Source: an uncultured Chlamydiae bacterium (lineage in GTDB: Bacteria > Chlamydiota > Chlamydiia > Chlamydiales > SM23-39). Taken from it: 64,000 nucleotides of DNA. A model generated the notes under the pieces. It ran no database searches. It was not told the origin of the DNA and worked only from the letters and a program-made list of their open reading frames with translations. The stretch spans positions 1,184,001 through 1,248,000 of the forward strand of contig CAWHDP010000002.1 in NCBI GenBank assembly GCA_963828125.1, read 5' to 3'. Positions 49,988 to 58,962 of this stretch are shown piece by piece (position 1 is the first letter of the stretch; each line of letters starts with the position of its first letter). Both the position numbers and the translations under genes were made by a program.

Positions 49988-50338
49988 ATGGCAATTGATT
50001 TCATGGATTTTTTAAAAGACGCCTTCGAAGGCATCGATACCCTCAATAGAGAGCAGATCCGGAAAGTCCTCGCAGAGACCCATACCTATTTTCAGACCCT
50101 GGAAAACACCCTCCGTTACGGCGACGCTCAATCTAAAGAAGATGCGGTTGCCGAAGCCCTCGAATTAAAAGAATTTTTGGATTCCAAGGCAGGCCAAGTA
50201 TCTAAATTTAAAGGCCTAGATTCCCTCACCCAAGAGGAGCAAGAGATCGTTACAGAGATCAACGGGGCCATCAGTTTGTCACAAAGTAGTCAAAATAAAA
50301 TAAAAATAAACAAACTAAAACCAACAAAATTGAGCTAA
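49988..50338 (+). CDS. Hypothetical helical protein
   Basis: AAGGAG RBS, 116 aa, basic tail. Confidence 0.75.
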   Translation: MAIDFMDFLKDAFEGIDTLNREQIRKVLAETHTYFQTLENTLRYGDAQSKEDAVAEALELKEFLDSKAGQVSKFKGLDSLTQEEQEIVTEINGAISLSQSSQNKIKINKLKPTKLS

Positions 50339-50340
50339 AA

Positions 50341-50694
50341 ATGAACAATCAATTACTCACAGATTTACAATGGCAATTACTAGAACCGTTATTTCCAAAT
50401 CCGGTAAAGCGCGGTAGAGGAAAACCTCACACAGCATGGCGAATGGTATTGAATTCGATTTTATTCGTTCTGTCGACCCGCTCAAAATGGGAGGCTCTTC
50501 CGAAGCATCCTGAATTTGCCTCTAAATCGGCAGCGCACCGTTGGTTTAAGATTTGGAAAGCGAACGGGTTTTTAGATCAAGTTCTCAGTAAACTCCAAGA
50601 ATTTTCGATGCTGGCCAACGAACTGAAGTTTCCAGCGACTCGAACGAGAACTCCGAAAATAAAATCAGAGCCTCTCGCCATGGGCATGCAGTAA
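50341..50694 (+). CDS. Stand-alone IS5-like transposase N-terminal (DUF4096-type) DNA-binding domain
   Basis: LTDLQWQLLEPLFP...RG.P...RMVLNSILFVLST..KWEALP...SAAHRWF..W..NG; no DDE ORF follows. Confidence 0.8.
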   Translation: MNNQLLTDLQWQLLEPLFPNPVKRGRGKPHTAWRMVLNSILFVLSTRSKWEALPKHPEFASKSAAHRWFKIWKANGFLDQVLSKLQEFSMLANELKFPATRTRTPKIKSEPLAMGMQ

Positions 50695-50732
50695 TCGTTC
50701 AACTGGACATTGGCCAGCTTAAGCGGGTTAAG

Positions 50733-51935
50733 TCATTCTCTCTGCGCCCCCCGCGTTCTTTGCGGTGAAAACTTACAATTGCCACCGCAAAGGGCGCAGA
50801 GATATACCGAAAATGACTGAAGGATCGGCTTCCAGGCGGATTCACGCTTGCCCAAATTCACACTTTTGGGGTGGCCGCGGTATATCAAAAAGCCCTGGGT
50901 TACATCTAAATAGCCCTTTTTGACGTCGATGGGGATGTGATGGCTGATTTTTTGATCGAAATTTAGTTTCTTCATATCGACGCTTTTTAAGACCAGGTCG
51001 CTATAAGAGCGGAAATAGAACACTTTTTGCGTCAGATCTTTGATCACGATCCACTGCGTATAGTCCCCCGTCTCTTTTCCCGGATCGCGCACCTCGCCAA
51101 GGGGGATATCGACAGTGTTGAGGAGATGCTCGGCGAGATTGACCGCTTCCATACAGCTTGCTGTCTGTTTAGCGAAGCGGAGGTAAGTGGCTATTTTGAC
51201 AAAACGGGACGGAGGGCTCCAATCGCCTGGCATACCCAAAAAGCCGCTTCCCTGTCCAGGGGGCCCAATCGGAACGCCCCTGAAGAGGATCGGATCTGGA
51301 TTTTCTGGCTTGAGATTGAGGTAATTTTGGAGATTGCTCATCTGCCAATCAAAAGGGGGCGAATTCGTCAAGACGCTGATCGGGTTATCGTAGATCTGCA
51401 TCATTCCGCCGACAAACTCGACGACGAGGTTGTTCCCTTGCGCATCGTGGATAGCGGCATGGACAGGCGGAACCCCGAGTCCTGGCACAGGGTGGCCCCA
51501 AATCCGGATCCCCTTCAGGGCCTCTTTGACTTCGGCTGCTGTTGTAAAGTTCCCCAAGACCCAAGCTCCAAAGTCGACGAAATCGAGCGCATTCTTGATC
51601 TCTTGTGCGGGGACAGTCGGATACTGAGTGGCGCCTGGCAGCCACAAATAGCCGAAAGAGAGCCCCTCTTCATTCATTCCATCGAACGAAAAATTCATTC
51701 CGAGAGCAGTCACGCCAAGATAGCCGTATTTTGAAGTCCATTGCATCCCGTTTTTTTGCCCCGGGGCCTGGCTCATCATCCGCTGGTTGCGAGGAAACGC
51801 CTTGAGCTTGGACTCCAAATCCAATCCGAATTCGAGCGAGCGCCCATTCACCGTTGAACCATCTATCGATTGGACAATGAAATCAGTGCAGGGATAAGCA
51901 GAGAAAATGGAAAAAAGAAATATCAAAATTCGCAT
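50733..51935 (-). CDS. Choloylglycine hydrolase/penicillin V acylase family Ntn-hydrolase with signal peptide
   Basis: MRILIFLFSIFSAYP then CTDF, GRSLEF, DGMNEEGLS, VLTNSPPF, MPGDWSPPSRF; last ~50 aa read through repeats. Confidence 0.92.
   Translation of the reverse strand: MRILIFLFSIFSAYPCTDFIVQSIDGSTVNGRSLEFGLDLESKLKAFPRNQRMMSQAPGQKNGMQWTSKYGYLGVTALGMNFSFDGMNEEGLSFGYLWLPGATQYPTVPAQEIKNALDFVDFGAWVLGNFTTAAEVKEALKGIRIWGHPVPGLGVPPVHAAIHDAQGNNLVVEFVGGMMQIYDNPISVLTNSPPFDWQMSNLQNYLNLKPENPDPILFRGVPIGPPGQGSGFLGMPGDWSPPSRFVKIATYLRFAKQTASCMEAVNLAEHLLNTVDIPLGEVRDPGKETGDYTQWIVIKDLTQKVFYFRSYSDLVLKSVDMKKLNFDQKISHHIPIDVKKGYLDVTQGFLIYRGHPKSVNLGKRESAWKPILQSFSVYLCALCGGNCKFSPQRTRGAQRE
50739..50802. repeat. 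Imperfect inverted repeat built from about 9-nt units
   Basis: tctctgcgccc...ctttgcggtg versus caccgcaaagggcgcagaga, at a convergent gene junction. Confidence 0.65.
50841..50884. repeat. Dispersed repeat arm (with CAAGCGT extension) inside the 3' end of the hydrolase ORF
   Basis: ttcacgcttgcccaaattcacacttttggggtggccgcggtata. Confidence 0.9.
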
Positions 51936-51945
51936 ACAATCATCC

Positions 51946-53574
51946 TCAAAAATTCGTTTGCCAGCAGCTCCGTTTGGAAAGCGGCATCACTTCAAACCGT
52001 TCGACAGGCTGATAGATCTGCCAATCTCTAAGCCCGCAGGGCCGTTTATTTCGATCGGAGATCTGATACAGAGGGAGAGTGAAGATGAATTCGGCCTGCC
52101 AGATGGCGCCGAACAACTCGTCGTACCGACCGCTCAAATCGATAGAAAAGCAATCTTTATATTTCGGACGGATTCTCCCCTCGATCCCCGCTGTGCTTTG
52201 ACAGCATCTGCCCCTCACAAGAAAGTAGGGCCCTACAGCTAAATAAAATGAAAAATTCTTCCCATTCACAGCGAGATACCCGATCTCCCCATTAAAACTA
52301 TAAGAAACTGACTCGATATCGCGCCGGATCGCGTAGTAATTCCCAACATAGTTGTTAAAGACACAAGCATGCATGTGCCGTTTATTCCCAAATGGCACGT
52401 AGACATTTCCTCGAAAATCCCACCTGCGGCCCAAAACCTCTACACCGGCCCCTATCTGCTGATAATATCCGATGTTCCCCTGCCGGTAGTCGTAATAAGC
52501 GTTGAATCCGAGCATTTCGCAAAGACCGGAATGGCCGCTCGGAATAAAGCGCGCCCCCACCCCTCCATTAGCCGCGTAGGTATTGTTGTCGAACCTATGC
52601 CCTTGAAGGTCTAAAAAAGGGAGCAGATGGCCCGGCCGGTAATCGGGGGCTATGAATAGATCGAGCGTCGTGAAATTCGTAGCAAACGGAATACATGTTT
52701 TCTCCTGATATCCCCAAACATGTCTCGCTGTGATCCGCTTAGGCCAAGGATATGGATCCCAATGGTCTGGCTCTTCCTTTTTTTTCTTCCCAGTGAAAAA
52801 CGTTTCAACTTTTTCCTCAATTGCCGCCGCATCAACAACTTCTCCAGCCGCCGAAGGAGGGGCGAGCCGAATTTGCGCCTCTTCTTTTACTGCCGCAATG
52901 GCCTCGGAAGGCTCTCCTCCCTCCATCGACGCCTCCATCAAAAATTGGTGAAACGCCGCAAGCGTCATCACATCGGCCGGATCGAGCTCTCTCGGGCGCT
53001 CTTGGATCGCCAGCAGCACAGAGGTGAAGAGGATCGGCTCAAACAAGGGGGATGGGGGCGCGGAGGGCTCCGCCTCGACCCTTCCGATCGGAACGGGAAG
53101 AGGCTCTTCTTTTTTAACGGCGATGGACTCGGGGACAGGGCCCCTCTTGAATTTCGACGTCACACCCTTCTTTCTCCGGATCATGAGCGGTTCGCGAATG
53201 TTCACAAACTCTTTACCCCGCCTCCGCTTGAGCGGCAGAGAAGCGGCAGCCCCCTCAGGACCATGCATCACAAAAGACTGCATCTTTGATACATCTCCCT
53301 CTCGTTGAACCAAAATGGACTCGAAAAAGCCCTCCTCAGAATCGACAGGCCCAAGAAGGATGAATTTCTTTTTCTTCTTCTCAATGAGTGCAACAGGAGG
53401 ATGCTCAACCAGGATCGGCGGCGCCTCTTCAACAACAGGGAGTCCCTCAACCCCTTTTGGCTCCATTTTGCCCAAAAACAGCCCGATCTGACTCCTTAAA
53501 AAAATCAACAAAACACAAATAGGCAATAGAATTAAAAAAGCCAAACTCTTGAGGTTTATCAACCCATTTTTCAT
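51946..53574 (-). CDS. Inverse-autotransporter beta-domain-like protein with an N-terminal TM anchor and charged low-complexity linker
   Basis: PFLDLQGHRF...AANGGVGAR, LGFNAYYDYR, QIGAGVE.LG..WDFRGNVYVP. Confidence 0.75.
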   Translation of the reverse strand: MKNGLINLKSLAFLILLPICVLLIFLRSQIGLFLGKMEPKGVEGLPVVEEAPPILVEHPPVALIEKKKKKFILLGPVDSEEGFFESILVQREGDVSKMQSFVMHGPEGAAASLPLKRRRGKEFVNIREPLMIRRKKGVTSKFKRGPVPESIAVKKEEPLPVPIGRVEAEPSAPPSPLFEPILFTSVLLAIQERPRELDPADVMTLAAFHQFLMEASMEGGEPSEAIAAVKEEAQIRLAPPSAAGEVVDAAAIEEKVETFFTGKKKKEEPDHWDPYPWPKRITARHVWGYQEKTCIPFATNFTTLDLFIAPDYRPGHLLPFLDLQGHRFDNNTYAANGGVGARFIPSGHSGLCEMLGFNAYYDYRQGNIGYYQQIGAGVEVLGRRWDFRGNVYVPFGNKRHMHACVFNNYVGNYYAIRRDIESVSYSFNGEIGYLAVNGKNFSFYLAVGPYFLVRGRCCQSTAGIEGRIRPKYKDCFSIDLSGRYDELFGAIWQAEFIFTLPLYQISDRNKRPCGLRDWQIYQPVERFEVMPLSKRSCWQTNF

Positions 53575-53796
53575 TCAGCGCATCCTCTCAATCAAGAGGG
53601 TCCCTTTTCCTCCTTTTATATAGAGCCGCCCTATCGGTAAAGGAAATTCATATTTTCGTAAAGATCTGTTTACAGACTCTCAAGATTGAGGGGGGGGGCA
53701 AAAGCATAAAAAATCAGGTGACGAATGAAGTTTTATTTCTTTACAATGCTCTGCTGAAACGAACGGAGCGCAGTATATACCGACAATGACTCTTTC

Positions 53797-54441
53797 TTAC
53801 TGGGCCAGATTGACCTCAATGACCACAAGCTTGTTGGGTTTGAGCTTGATCCCCGAAACTCCATAGGCAAGCTCCGGGTGGATATAAATGGTTCTCTCTT
53901 CTCCTTCAAGCATGCCGACCACTCCAGTTGCGAAGCCAGGAATCGTGTCGGGGATGCTGATCTCTATGGGGAATTCCCCTGAGCCGTTAAACGTCTCCAG
54001 AAGGCCGTTTTGAATAGTTTTCACAACATATGTGGCCAATATAGTCCCGTTTGGATCAATCGGCTTGCCATTCCCCTCCTTTGTTCGCTTGTAGTAGAGT
54101 TTGGAGGGGATGAGTTCGATAGATTCTTTTGCAATCAACTGTAGGAACGATTCTGATTCCTTCAAATTATTCGCAATCTGCTCATTCCAAAGGATCTCTT
54201 CATATTTCTGAGTCAAGACAGTGGCCTCCTCTTTAGAGACTCTGCAAGGCTCCCCTTTTTCAGCAGCTCTTATCCCAGAGATGATTTCTTCCAAATCATA
54301 GGGCATGCCGTCGATTTTCAGATCTTTTCGCCAACACTCATAGCCGCGGTGGAAAGAAATATCGCGCAAGTCTTTTGAGATTTCAGCGTTGTTGCAGCCG
54401 TAGAGGAGACTCAGCAATAAGAACGTCTTGATGAAATTCAT
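53797..54441 (-). CDS. FKBP-type peptidyl-prolyl isomerase (Mip-like), probable lipoprotein
   Basis: Lipobox LLYGC, LYYK..KEGNG, TIPGFATGVVGMLEGEERTIYIHPELAYG. Confidence 0.9.
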   Translation of the reverse strand: MNFIKTFLLLSLLYGCNNAEISKDLRDISFHRGYECWRKDLKIDGMPYDLEEIISGIRAAEKGEPCRVSKEEATVLTQKYEEILWNEQIANNLKESESFLQLIAKESIELIPSKLYYKRTKEGNGKPIDPNGTILATYVVKTIQNGLLETFNGSGEFPIEISIPDTIPGFATGVVGMLEGEERTIYIHPELAYGVSGIKLKPNKLVVIEVNLAQ

Positions 54442-55348
54442 TGGGAGAGGTCCATTGGTTAAGAGTGTTTTCTAGAAAAGATCCTTTTTTATAAATTTCC
54501 CGTAAGACAACCCGGGTTTTCTTATATGACTCCCGAAGCAAGACAGTTTCTTCATTGTCCCAGCAGGCAAATTTCGGAGAGTCAAACCTCTCCAGAACAT
54601 AATCACCGATCAAAAACCCTTGTCTGACTTCGAAAATCTCCTTCATGCCTTTTAAGATCGTTGGAAAACTGGGGGCTTTTGTCTTTAATGTATATCTTGG
54701 CTGAGCACAACCCTTCAGGTAGCCCATTCCTACAGGAGACAAAGAGATTTTGTCTGGAGCAAGCGGAGGAAGTTGTCTGTTTAACCCTTCAAAAATTTCA
54801 GATTCTCTCTGGAAATTCAAGGCATTGAGTTTCCCATACCCCAACAAAATTCCAACCAGTGCTTGGGGATGAGGACTAGTCAGATCGAAGATAGATTTGT
54901 CTCCACTGCAAATTTTTTGAAAAATGGTCTCTGTAGACTGCTCTCCTAAAAATTTTCTAAAAACGGCTAAGTTTTCGACGATCTCCTTATAAACCATCGG
55001 CTTGTTGATCAGAGAAATAGTGACATTGCGATTGTCTCCAAAAACATCTTTTTTCAGAACGAAACGATCACTGGGAAATAGATGCCTATAACGGACCCAC
55101 ATTTCCCACCCTTTCTCAAAGGTCAGTCGCTCCAGAGGCTCCTTTAAAGATGGCTCAAACAACGCAATTGTCATTGAGATTGGCTTTTGTCCAAATAAGG
55201 TATATCCAAACTCATTTTCATAAAGAAGGCATCGAAAAAAACGATCCAAAACAACCAAGTCTTGTTCGGGAATAGTTTGAAGGGCATCATGAACTGACGC
55301 CCCCAAACCAAAAATCGCGCAGCCTATGCAAAAAAAAAAGACTCTCAT
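54383..55348 (-). CDS. Hypothetical exported protein
   Basis: 321 aa, signal-like N-terminus, FGYTLFG.KP and GILLGYG motifs; ATGA overlap with the upstream gene. Confidence 0.75.
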   Translation of the reverse strand: MRVFFFCIGCAIFGLGASVHDALQTIPEQDLVVLDRFFRCLLYENEFGYTLFGQKPISMTIALFEPSLKEPLERLTFEKGWEMWVRYRHLFPSDRFVLKKDVFGDNRNVTISLINKPMVYKEIVENLAVFRKFLGEQSTETIFQKICSGDKSIFDLTSPHPQALVGILLGYGKLNALNFQRESEIFEGLNRQLPPLAPDKISLSPVGMGYLKGCAQPRYTLKTKAPSFPTILKGMKEIFEVRQGFLIGDYVLERFDSPKFACWDNEETVLLRESYKKTRVVLREIYKKGSFLENTLNQWTSPNEFHQDVLIAESPLRLQQR

Positions 55349-56280
55349 CTGGTTCGATATCCAAGTGATTGGCCGATGGTTGTATAATAGGGGCCGCCCA
55401 GATCGGAGATAGCCTGAGGGAGATTGGAAACGACGTCTTCAGAAACGGTGAAGATTCGGATCCCGTTTGCGTAGATTAAATCCATATCGTAAGGGAGATA
55501 GATCTGGTGGGCTTTGAAAAATTGGAGCAGCTTTTTCATGCCGGATCTTCGGATTATCATCGATGTGGTTCCATACCGATTGGCGATTTGGCGAAATTGA
55601 GGACTGATATCGGTTTTAAAGGAAAAATCTTTGGCAAGATGTAGAGCCGCGCAATCGGGTCTTTTGGCGGCGCCATAGGCGGGGACGTGGAGGCCCTGTC
55701 CGTTGCGAAAGTCGCGGTCGGTGAAGAGGATGTCCCACCCATCCGAACCGACCAGGAGATCTAATTGATCAATCAGATCGGAGAGCCTATGGGGATTTTG
55801 GAGTACTTCGATGTCGTCCTCCATCACCCAGATCGTTTGGTAACCTGCATCGAAAGCATCTTGCAGTACCGAAAGGTGGCTCAATGCGCACCCGATCCCC
55901 CCTCTGGGCATGCAGTGGACAAAATAGGTCTCTCCATAGCGTTCGACCAGTTCGTGGCTCGGCTTTCCCTCTCCGTCTAGGCGATAGCAGCTCGCCATAA
56001 AGCCCCCCTCCATTTCGGGAGAGAAGCGGACGCCGACGTCGTTGATTGCCTCTAAACTCAATTCCCAGCCGTTGACCGCAGAAAACCGGTAGGGTTCAAT
56101 CCCGTAAGGGGCGAGCTGGGCGAGCGACATCTGATATTTTTCGGGCCTTTGATCGAGATTGATCAGATAAATATAATCGATATTGCGCATCGAGTGGGCG
56201 CCAAATTTACCGGAGGCTCTCTTGAAGTGCTCTTCGATATCGCCGTAGAGAAAGGCGGCAGCCAGAAACAGTAAAAACAT
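55345..56280 (-). CDS. Glycosyltransferase family 25
   Basis: YLINLDQRPEK, RFSAVNG, GCALSHL, WVMEDD; short hydrophobic N-terminus. Confidence 0.88.
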   Translation of the reverse strand: MFLLFLAAAFLYGDIEEHFKRASGKFGAHSMRNIDYIYLINLDQRPEKYQMSLAQLAPYGIEPYRFSAVNGWELSLEAINDVGVRFSPEMEGGFMASCYRLDGEGKPSHELVERYGETYFVHCMPRGGIGCALSHLSVLQDAFDAGYQTIWVMEDDIEVLQNPHRLSDLIDQLDLLVGSDGWDILFTDRDFRNGQGLHVPAYGAAKRPDCAALHLAKDFSFKTDISPQFRQIANRYGTTSMIIRRSGMKKLLQFFKAHQIYLPYDMDLIYANGIRIFTVSEDVVSNLPQAISDLGGPYYTTIGQSLGYRTR

Positions 56281-56327
56281 GAACCCGTTTGCAAAAAAAA
56301 ATAATCTTACCTAAGATATCTCCCCAG

Positions 56328-57245
56328 ATGAAATATCTCCAACTATTTTTTCTCTTCGCCCTCTCTCTTCACTCTGCAGAACTGCTCCCTCATCTCCGGA
56401 AAATTGAGAAAAGGATTCATGCCACCTCGATCGAGGGGGTCGATTGCACCTATCTCATCAATCTCGATGAAAGGCGCGATCGACTGAACGAATGCCTTCA
56501 AAACTTGCTCCCCTTCGGCATCTTGCCTCAGCGCTTCCCCGCCATCTACGGCTGGCGCATTCCACTGGAAGAATATGCCGACCTAGGGGTGAAATTCGGA
56601 CCTGGAATGTGGCCTGGAAAAGAAAACGCCCTCCTCGCTGTCCCCAACAGAGGCTTCTTCTTCGTCCAGTTGAGCGAGGCTTTCTATGGACAAACTTTTT
56701 TCTCCGGTTGGCTGACGCCAGGGGCTCTCGGCTGCACGCTCAGTCATCTTTCCGTCCTCCAAGACGCTCTCGATGCGGGCTACGAGACGATTTGGGTTCT
56801 GGAAGACGATTTCGTATTGATCGAAAACCCCCATCTCCTCTCGGGGAAAATCGAAGAGCTCGATCGACTCGTCGGCGCGTCTGGATGGGACGTGTTATAT
56901 ACCGATTCCGATTACCTGTTCGGCGTCGACCCAACTCAAGATCTCCAAGCGCAACTCCCGATGAAGTGGAGGCCAGATAGGCCCGATTTCGATTTAAAAA
57001 CGCTCCTCGGATCTACGCCCGTCGGCGATGGATTTCTGAAGATTGGCTCGCGGATCGGCACCCATTCGATGATGATCCGGAGATCGGGCGTCGAAAAAAT
57101 TCTCCGATTTAACAAAGAGCATGGGATCTTCATGCCTTACGATCACGAAATCGCTTTCGTCCCCGACATCCGCTTGTACGCCCTCAAACAGCCGATCGTC
57201 GGAGCCCACGCAAAACCCTCCGACACAAAAAATCAATATTTTTAG
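56328..57245 (+). CDS. Glycosyltransferase family 25
   Basis: YLINLDERRDR, RFPAIYG, GCTLSHL, WVLEDD; signal-like MKYLQLFFLFALSLHSA. Confidence 0.88.
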   Translation: MKYLQLFFLFALSLHSAELLPHLRKIEKRIHATSIEGVDCTYLINLDERRDRLNECLQNLLPFGILPQRFPAIYGWRIPLEEYADLGVKFGPGMWPGKENALLAVPNRGFFFVQLSEAFYGQTFFSGWLTPGALGCTLSHLSVLQDALDAGYETIWVLEDDFVLIENPHLLSGKIEELDRLVGASGWDVLYTDSDYLFGVDPTQDLQAQLPMKWRPDRPDFDLKTLLGSTPVGDGFLKIGSRIGTHSMMIRRSGVEKILRFNKEHGIFMPYDHEIAFVPDIRLYALKQPIVGAHAKPSDTKNQYF

Positions 57246-57270
57246 ATGGAAAAAAAATTTCTTCATCTGT

Positions 57271-57318
57271 TATACTTCGGCCACCAAAAAAGTGTGAATT
57301 TGGGATGGCCGCAGTATA
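57271..57318. repeat. Dispersed palindromic repeat, short form
   Basis: tatacttcggccaccaaaaaagtgtgaatttgggatggccgcagtata. Confidence 0.92.
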
Positions 57319-57353
57319 ACGTCTTTTTCTCAAAAAACCCAATGGGTTCGCTG

Positions 57354-58289
57354 ATGCTTAAATTATTCCTCCTCCTCTTCCTCCCGCTATACGGCGGAGA
57401 TGTGAGGGACTATCTCCAACCGGCGCCCCGCTCGTCAGCCTCTTCGCAAATGAGAAATATCGATTTCATCTATTTGATCAATCTGGATGAGCGCCCCGAA
57501 AAACTCGCCCTCTCCCTACAGAAACTCGCCCCCTACCACATCACCCCCTGCAGGTTTCCCGCCATCAACGGCTGGAACCTCCCGCTCGACGCCCTCAATC
57601 ACCTCGGCGTCCAATGTGAATCGTGGATGTCGAACGGACATTTCGCAACCTATTACGGCGGCGCAGAGGGGAAAACGCCCCTTCACGAACTCTTCGGCAT
57701 TCCGGGGAGAACCTATTTTTGCCACTGCATGCCCCTCGGGGCGATCGGCTGCGTGCTCAGCCACTTATCCGTTCTGCAAGCCGCATTCGATGCAGGCTAC
57801 CAGACGATTTGGGTGATTGAAGACGATATCGAAGTGGTGCAAAATCCCCACCTCCTCTCCGATCTCATCGATGAGCTCGATGAAGCGGTCGGCCTCGACG
57901 GCTGGGATGTCCTTTTCACCGATCCAGACACAAAAAATACCGATGGGATCCACGTCCCTTGTACTTCTTATGCCTGGAGGCCGAATTATACCCCTCCAAA
58001 TCCGCACCATTTTGCCGAAAAAAAAGAGGTCGGCGCCCACTTTAGACAGATCGGCGCCCGCTATGGGTCGTATTCGATGATTCTTCGACGATCGGGGATC
58101 AAAAAAATCCTCAATTTCATCAAATGCTATCAACTCTTTCTCCCCTACGATATGGAATACACGCAGCCGGCCAATATCCGCCTGTTCGCCTTAAAAGAAG
58201 ATCTCGTCTCCACGCTGCCAAGAGCCCCCTCGGATAACGGCGCCCCGAACTACATCTTAAACCCCAAAGGGTGGCAAACCGATGACTGA
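57354..58289 (+). CDS. Glycosyltransferase family 25
   Basis: YLINLDERPEK, RFPAING, GCVLSHL, WVIEDD; signal-like MLKLFLLLFLPLYG; alternative start 57246. Confidence 0.88.
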   Translation: MLKLFLLLFLPLYGGDVRDYLQPAPRSSASSQMRNIDFIYLINLDERPEKLALSLQKLAPYHITPCRFPAINGWNLPLDALNHLGVQCESWMSNGHFATYYGGAEGKTPLHELFGIPGRTYFCHCMPLGAIGCVLSHLSVLQAAFDAGYQTIWVIEDDIEVVQNPHLLSDLIDELDEAVGLDGWDVLFTDPDTKNTDGIHVPCTSYAWRPNYTPPNPHHFAEKKEVGAHFRQIGARYGSYSMILRRSGIKKILNFIKCYQLFLPYDMEYTQPANIRLFALKEDLVSTLPRAPSDNGAPNYILNPKGWQTDD

Positions 58290-58962
58290 TAACCCCTCCT
58301 ATTATGAGCAGCATCTTCCAGCGCCTCTTCCAAAGCAGGTCCAGTCAGGGCTTATTAAAGAGCTTACCTTCCAGCATATGATTCAGCTCCACGGGTGGTG
58401 TTCGTTCGAAAAAGCGAGTTTTCTCATCGACCTCCTCTTAAAAACAAAACCGAAAACCGTCCTGGAAATCGGCGTCTGGGGAGGAAAATCGTTGATCCCC
58501 ATGGCGCAAGCTCTCAAAGAAAATGGAGAGGGGATCATCTACGGAATCGATCCTTGGAGCAGCCAAGAATCGGTCCAATGGGTGATGGAAGCTGTAAACC
58601 GCCACTTCTGGGAATATGCTGACCACCAACTCGTATTCAACCACTTAAATGAAAAAATCGCTCAGTTTCAACTCCAAAACCAAATTCGGTTGATCCGAAC
58701 CACCTCCGAAATGGCTCCCCCTATTTTCGATATCGACGTTCTCCATATCGATGGCAATCACTCCGATTACACCTCCTATCTCGACGTCACAAAATGGGTC
58801 CCCTTCGTCCGCTCAGGGGGGTGGATTATCTTCGACGATATGAGGTGGTTTGAAAATGGGGTCTACACCAATTCCAGGGCCTGCGAATGGCTCGACGCAA
58901 ATTGCCACAAATTGGCCGAATTTAATGATATTTGCACTTGGGGAGTTTGGATAAAACCATGA
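58282..58962 (+). CDS. Class I SAM-dependent methyltransferase (Methyltransf_24-like)
   Basis: HGWCS.EK, LEIGVWGGKS, GIDPW, LHIDGNH, GGWIIFDD. Confidence 0.88.
   Translation: MTDNPSYYEQHLPAPLPKQVQSGLIKELTFQHMIQLHGWCSFEKASFLIDLLLKTKPKTVLEIGVWGGKSLIPMAQALKENGEGIIYGIDPWSSQESVQWVMEAVNRHFWEYADHQLVFNHLNEKIAQFQLQNQIRLIRTTSEMAPPIFDIDVLHIDGNHSDYTSYLDVTKWVPFVRSGGWIIFDDMRWFENGVYTNSRACEWLDANCHKLAEFNDICTWGVWIKP

Noticed and set aside
2984..57318. The repeat family as a CRISPR array
   Set aside because: Copies are kilobases apart, in mixed orientation, with no regular spacers and no cas genes
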